64,000 nt of DNA from a virus: IMG/VR virus record IMGVR_UViG_3300028299_000003, positions 12,632 through 76,631 of that record; one strand, written 5' to 3'. This document shows positions 59,428 through 64,000 of the stretch, in pieces. The first letter of the stretch is position 1. Every line of letters starts with the position of its first letter. The notes below the pieces were generated by a model. That model saw only the letters and a program-made list of their open reading frames with translations. It did no database searches and was not told where the DNA came from. A program made the position numbers and the translations under genes.

Positions 59428-59760
59428 ATGATATTTAGATTTGATGATTATGTAAAAGAGAATGATGGTGGTGGTGTCGCTGCCGTTACATTGAGTAATA
59501 CAAATGGTATGGGTGCTGTTGTTTCTCCGACTGTTGGTAGTACACCAGGACAGATATGGGGAACAGGTAGTGGAACAAAAGGATCAGGCGATGTATCCAA
59601 TGTATTTGGAACATATACTAAGTCACCATTAGTTAACTCTAAAAAAGGAAAAAAGAAAAAGAAAAAAATATATAGTCATGAAAAATTAGGTGCTAATTAT
59701 CAAAGGATGTATATAACCAAATTCCAAGATTGGAGTTATTATCCAGAAAAAAAAGTTTAA
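59428..59760 (+). CDS. hypothetical protein
   Basis: MIFRFDDYVKE leader; Gly-rich. Confidence 0.6.
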   Translation: MIFRFDDYVKENDGGGVAAVTLSNTNGMGAVVSPTVGSTPGQIWGTGSGTKGSGDVSNVFGTYTKSPLVNSKKGKKKKKKIYSHEKLGANYQRMYITKFQDWSYYPEKKV

Positions 59761-59763
59761 TTA

Positions 59764-60720
59764 ATGTATTTTGAAGATTTAAGTCAGTATATTTATATGG
59801 GGTCAAAACAAAAAAATCATTTTAATATTGGTTGGCTAGATGATGATAATTATGTTAAAGGAGATTTTCCAGAAAAGGAAAAATTTCTTTCAAAATTGAA
59901 AATCATTGATACTATCAACACTACTCGTGGATATCATAATTGTCCATTTTGTGGAAAACATGGTGATCGTGATTGGGGTAGTAGTAGTGAATATGAGATA
60001 GAAAAAAATGGTGTATTTTATAACGCTCCAACTATGATATTTCATTATGTTAGAGATCATAATTATAAACCACCACAAGTTTTTATAGACGATGTTATGG
60101 ATTATAAGATAAAAGACAAATCATCCCAGTGTTGGGGAAAACAATTTTATCATAGACCATCATATAATAGTGGTTCATCATTTAGATCTGGATTTAAATC
60201 AAATGAATCTTCAATGCCTATATTACCAGGCCCTAAGTTTGATACAGAAGTTTCATATAATCCAACTACTAATAAAACATATGGAGGTGGTCCTGGAGTA
60301 ATAAACAGATTAAATACTGAAGTGGTTAAAGATGAATATTTTGATACATATGACAAAACAGAAGAAGAAAGAATTAAGGAACGAAAAAGAAAAAGAAAAA
60401 GAATGTTGAGATTTCGTGAATTTGAAGCTACTGATTATCGTGATGTTACGGGTCGTGCTACAACAAGTGGATATGTTGGTGATAGACAAATACTTACACA
60501 TGGAACAAATCTTATTTCCACATTACCACGAAGTCAATGGAATGAACCAGAAACAATAATAATTGGATTTGATGAATTTGATGTAGAAGATCCTTATTTT
60601 TTAAAGAAAAGAAGAAAAGGTAAAAGACCAAAGGAAACATATAGAGATAGAAAACGAAATAAAAAATCTAGAGAATTAAATAAATTTTATAAAATTGATA
60701 ATGAATCAGAAATTGAATAA
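59764..60720 (+). CDS. multi-part hypothetical protein with N-terminal Zn-binding domain
   Basis: RGYHNCPFC..APTMIFHYVRDHNYKPP; internal MLRFREFE. Confidence 0.6.
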   Translation: MYFEDLSQYIYMGSKQKNHFNIGWLDDDNYVKGDFPEKEKFLSKLKIIDTINTTRGYHNCPFCGKHGDRDWGSSSEYEIEKNGVFYNAPTMIFHYVRDHNYKPPQVFIDDVMDYKIKDKSSQCWGKQFYHRPSYNSGSSFRSGFKSNESSMPILPGPKFDTEVSYNPTTNKTYGGGPGVINRLNTEVVKDEYFDTYDKTEEERIKERKRKRKRMLRFREFEATDYRDVTGRATTSGYVGDRQILTHGTNLISTLPRSQWNEPETIIIGFDEFDVEDPYFLKKRRKGKRPKETYRDRKRNKKSRELNKFYKIDNESEIE

Positions 60721-60757
60721 ATAATTTTTATATATAATAGGAAATAAAATATTTTTT

Positions 60758-61216
60758 ATGTTGGAAAAGTATAATTCATTTGTTGGAAGGGTTTTAGAAA
60801 AAGATAGTGATATAGATTTACCAAAAGAAGTAATTAATTCTACATTGATAATAGTTCGTGGTATGTATGAACAAGTAAAACATCCAGAATTTATAAAAGA
60901 AGAGGATGATTATTTTATTAAATTTGGTGTAACAGAGGCTGATTTTGGTTATATAGATCCAAATGAAAATTTACCACTAGATCTATCTGTTAAAGCGATG
61001 GATCGTAGAAAATATTATGTTGAATTAATATATGATGATCAATATCCTGGGGCAAAAGAAGTTAGTTATACGATATTATTTGAACCGATGACAGAGGATA
61101 AATATAGATCTAAACATAAACAACAAGAAGATGAGTTTATGGATGAATTTGAAATTGAAAGAAAAAGGGACTTAGAGGATTTTGATGATGATATTGATGA
61201 TACTGATTTTGAATAA
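60758..61216 (+). CDS. hypothetical acidic protein
   Basis: MLEKYNSF leader. Confidence 0.6.
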   Translation: MLEKYNSFVGRVLEKDSDIDLPKEVINSTLIIVRGMYEQVKHPEFIKEEDDYFIKFGVTEADFGYIDPNENLPLDLSVKAMDRRKYYVELIYDDQYPGAKEVSYTILFEPMTEDKYRSKHKQQEDEFMDEFEIERKRDLEDFDDDIDDTDFE

Positions 61217-61239
61217 AATATAAAAAAAAATTAAATATA

Positions 61240-61557
61240 ATGAACAAAACTGTTAGAACATTTGAAGAATATAATATAGGAAAAGATTATTTTGAAACAG
61301 AACCATTAAATGAGGAAATTGATATAACAAAAATGTTTAAAGGTAAAACAAAAGAAGAAAAACGACAATCCGCGTTAAGAATTATAAATGAACACCCAAA
61401 GAAAAAGGAACTCTATAGGAAACTAAGTCCAGATAAAGCTGAAAAATTTGTGGAATTTGTAACAAAAAATCCACATGTTAGATATTTCAAATGGGATAAT
61501 AATGATAAAGAATTTATAGAAATAGGCCAATTCTACGGAATAGGAACATCAAGATGA
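61240..61557 (+). CDS. hypothetical protein
   Basis: VRTFEEY..PLNEE leader. Confidence 0.6.
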   Translation: MNKTVRTFEEYNIGKDYFETEPLNEEIDITKMFKGKTKEEKRQSALRIINEHPKKKELYRKLSPDKAEKFVEFVTKNPHVRYFKWDNNDKEFIEIGQFYGIGTSR

Positions 61558-61618
61558 ACTAAAGTGTAATTATTTCTTTGTAAGTAATTACGAAAACTCT
61601 TTTTACAGAGGTTCGTAG

Positions 61619-62362
61619 TCAAAAACGGACTATTTTTACGCTATCCCGCCAGGTGGTCCATTTTTCTTTTTTGTGATTCCAATCTGGTAAAACTTCTATT
61701 TCAGATTTATATACAGAATCGTATATTTTTGTTGTTAAAATTTTATTAATTTCTTCCTTTGATAAAATACTTTTTCTAGACCTATATTTATCAACACATA
61801 GTAACACAAATTCTCGTTGAGTTATAATATCTTTTATTTTTTCTTCATTAATTGTTCTTTCTTTATACACACTAATTGTGTCAACTCTTATTTTAAGTTC
61901 ACCATCTTGAAAAACATTTTCTTTCACTTTTGTCATTATATCATCAATATGTTTTATTTCTTTATCTGATAGACTGCCTTTAAATTTACTTTTTATCATA
62001 TTCATAAAATCATCAGAAATCTTCATAACAGGTGGTGATATGAAATTTTTTCCAAAAATTGTTGATGTATATTTTTCTCTAGTTCCATGAACATATAATA
62101 ATTTCCTTTCGGTATCCACTACGAATTCACATGGTCTAGTTGAAATATTGTTATCAACAAATCCAATAACATATTTTCCCTTTACTATATCTCTTCTTTT
62201 ATATACTTTTGAAGGATAGTGTCTCATAAAATAATAGAGATTATCAAACCTTTGATTATATGTCATATCCCAATATAAAATATACCCAGTCTTTATTATA
62301 TAATCAAAACTATATATAAACAAAGGGAGTAGAAGTATTGATATTGTTATCACTGTTCCCAT
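61619..62362 (-). CDS. membrane-anchored hypothetical protein
   Basis: N-terminal hydrophobic helix. Confidence 0.6.
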   Translation of the reverse strand: MGTVITISILLLPLFIYSFDYIIKTGYILYWDMTYNQRFDNLYYFMRHYPSKVYKRRDIVKGKYVIGFVDNNISTRPCEFVVDTERKLLYVHGTREKYTSTIFGKNFISPPVMKISDDFMNMIKSKFKGSLSDKEIKHIDDIMTKVKENVFQDGELKIRVDTISVYKERTINEEKIKDIITQREFVLLCVDKYRSRKSILSKEEINKILTTKIYDSVYKSEIEVLPDWNHKKEKWTTWRDSVKIVRF

Positions 62363-62422
62363 TAACTAATTTTATATAAATTTATATAAAAAAATTATTA
62401 ATTACAAATTTATATCACCCAT

Positions 62423-62634
62423 CAAAGAAAACAATTACATCTTTAGTGTAGTTTGATGAATTTGAGTTGTAGGTAAAATCAATAAAGTATAAGTATAAAT
62501 TATAAAAATATAAAATACTGAGTCTGGGATGCAGGAACGTGGTCGGACTTAAAACAAAAACACGGTGAGGCGTTCTCGTTGGAGAAGTCGATGAAACGTG
62601 AAACCACTAAATCTTTAGTTTAGTGGTAGTTCAT
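62423..62634 (+). mobile_element. short non-coding IS200/IS605-family derivative
   Basis: CCAT|CAAAGAAAAC left end, TAGTTCAT right end. Confidence 0.82.
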
Positions 62635-62640
62635 TTAAGA

Positions 62641-63654
62641 CTATAATCCAACTCTTGAATAATCTATTATAATGTTAACTACAAAATATAAATTTTGTCT
62701 AGTTTGTGGATTTATTAACAATCCTTTATTTTTCATATTCAAAATATCACCGTTTTTTGTTTTTGGTGGTATAACTATCTTATATTTTTTACCATCTAAA
62801 TGTATAAATTCAAAATCCATTCCATTTATCGCGTCTTCATAATGTAAATCAAGTTTGTAATATAATCCATCCCTTTTTCTTTCAAATTTGTTGTTGTCTA
62901 TTACTACTATATCTAAAATAAGATTACCTCTTTTATTTCTAAAATATTTTGATTGATGGCCATAACCCTGAAAATATTTGGTCTCACTATTTACTAACCT
63001 GTGTGTGTTATTGAGTTGAAATTCTTCATCTCTAGATTCTAATTTATTCCCATTACATTTTTTACATATTCCAGAATGAATTCTTCCAGTTCCGTTACAA
63101 TATTTACATTTTATTTCACCAACAACATTTTCCCATACTTTCCCTGTACCATCACATATATCACATTCATATGATTCACTGTTTTTATCAAATCCACTAC
63201 CATTACAATCAGAACAATGTACATTTCTTCTGAATTTTACTTTGACATTTTTGTCATTATAGATATCTTCAAGTGTAACATTTATTTTAACGGAAGTATC
63301 TAATTCTTCATAGAAATCTGGTTTTCTTCTTCTAAAGACATCAAAAGGATCATTTCCACCAAAGAAATCAAAAGGATTTCCACCACCACCAAAATGTTGT
63401 GAGAAAAATGTATGAAAATCTCCCATTGGTTGATAATTGTTACCATTAGGACTTTTTACATCATATTGACTTCTTTTTTCTTTATCACCGAGAATTTGAT
63501 ACGCTTCATTTATTTTTTTAAAATCACTATCATCCCCACCGTGTTTATCTGGATGTGTTTCGTTAGCTTTCTTACGAAATATTTTTTTTATATCATCCTC
63601 TGTCGCTTTTTTATCAACACCTAATATTTCGTAATAGTTTTTATTAATATCCAT
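62641..63654 (-). CDS. dnaJ: DnaJ chaperone
   Basis: YYEILGV, HPD, G/F region, four CxxCxGxG-type repeats. Confidence 0.95.
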   Translation of the reverse strand: MDINKNYYEILGVDKKATEDDIKKIFRKKANETHPDKHGGDDSDFKKINEAYQILGDKEKRSQYDVKSPNGNNYQPMGDFHTFFSQHFGGGGNPFDFFGGNDPFDVFRRRKPDFYEELDTSVKINVTLEDIYNDKNVKVKFRRNVHCSDCNGSGFDKNSESYECDICDGTGKVWENVVGEIKCKYCNGTGRIHSGICKKCNGNKLESRDEEFQLNNTHRLVNSETKYFQGYGHQSKYFRNKRGNLILDIVVIDNNKFERKRDGLYYKLDLHYEDAINGMDFEFIHLDGKKYKIVIPPKTKNGDILNMKNKGLLINPQTRQNLYFVVNIIIDYSRVGL

Positions 63655-64000
63655 TTATAAAAATATTTTTATTTATATATTTATAAATAATGAATTAGTT
63701 TAATTCTATTATTTTCCATAAAATCTATTTTTTTCTTTTCTTTTTTTATTTAAAATTTACCTCTTGCTTTTCTTAATTCCTTTTTGGATTTACGAATATC
63801 CTTTTCCTTGTTGGAACGAAAAACCGAAGAATTTACTGTCTTACCTTTCCCTTTTTTCATCAGTTCTCTTTTCTCTTTCCAACTCATATTGGTTTCAGAT
63901 GATTTTATATTAATAACAGGTTTTATTCTATTAATAATAGTAGCGGTTGGTTCGATAGACTTTTCAATAAAATCAGGTTTCTTGTAACAGAAAGGGCTTT

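Noticed and set aside
1-64000. Stop-codon reassignment
   Set aside because: Long genes are intact in code 11, TAG and TGA end recognisable genes (dnaJ, GT4), and no suppressor tRNA is seen.

Overview
AT-rich segment of a jumbo (huge) phage genome read in the standard code. TAnnTTTG/TTTG promoters point to a Bacteroidota host. Bases 1-7.8 kb are a minus-strand RNA region: about 14 canonical tRNAs (one split by a group I intron), several non-canonical tRNA-like genes, a ~900-nt GOLLD-like RNA with an embedded tRNA, free-standing homing endonucleases and repeated boxA motifs. The rest encodes SmpB, IF3, DnaJ, dUTPase, an SbcD-SbcC fusion, a RuvC-like resolvase, a PIG-L/GT4 pair, a radical SAM enzyme, an M16 peptidase, virion and tape-measure-like proteins, more homing endonucleases, and an IS1341-type tnpB element with non-coding derivatives. 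The best candidate for a new system is an unannotated 29-aa leader peptide (7620-7709, minus) followed by competing antiterminator/terminator hairpins directly upstream of the tRNA operon. Its codons match the operon's tRNAs almost one for one, suggesting a ribosome-based sensor that switches on phage tRNAs when those tRNAs are depleted. The operon also holds two Ile-anticodon tRNAs with a rewired fold (D-loop motif 3' of the anticodon arm). All calls are by eye; no database searches or folding programs were run.
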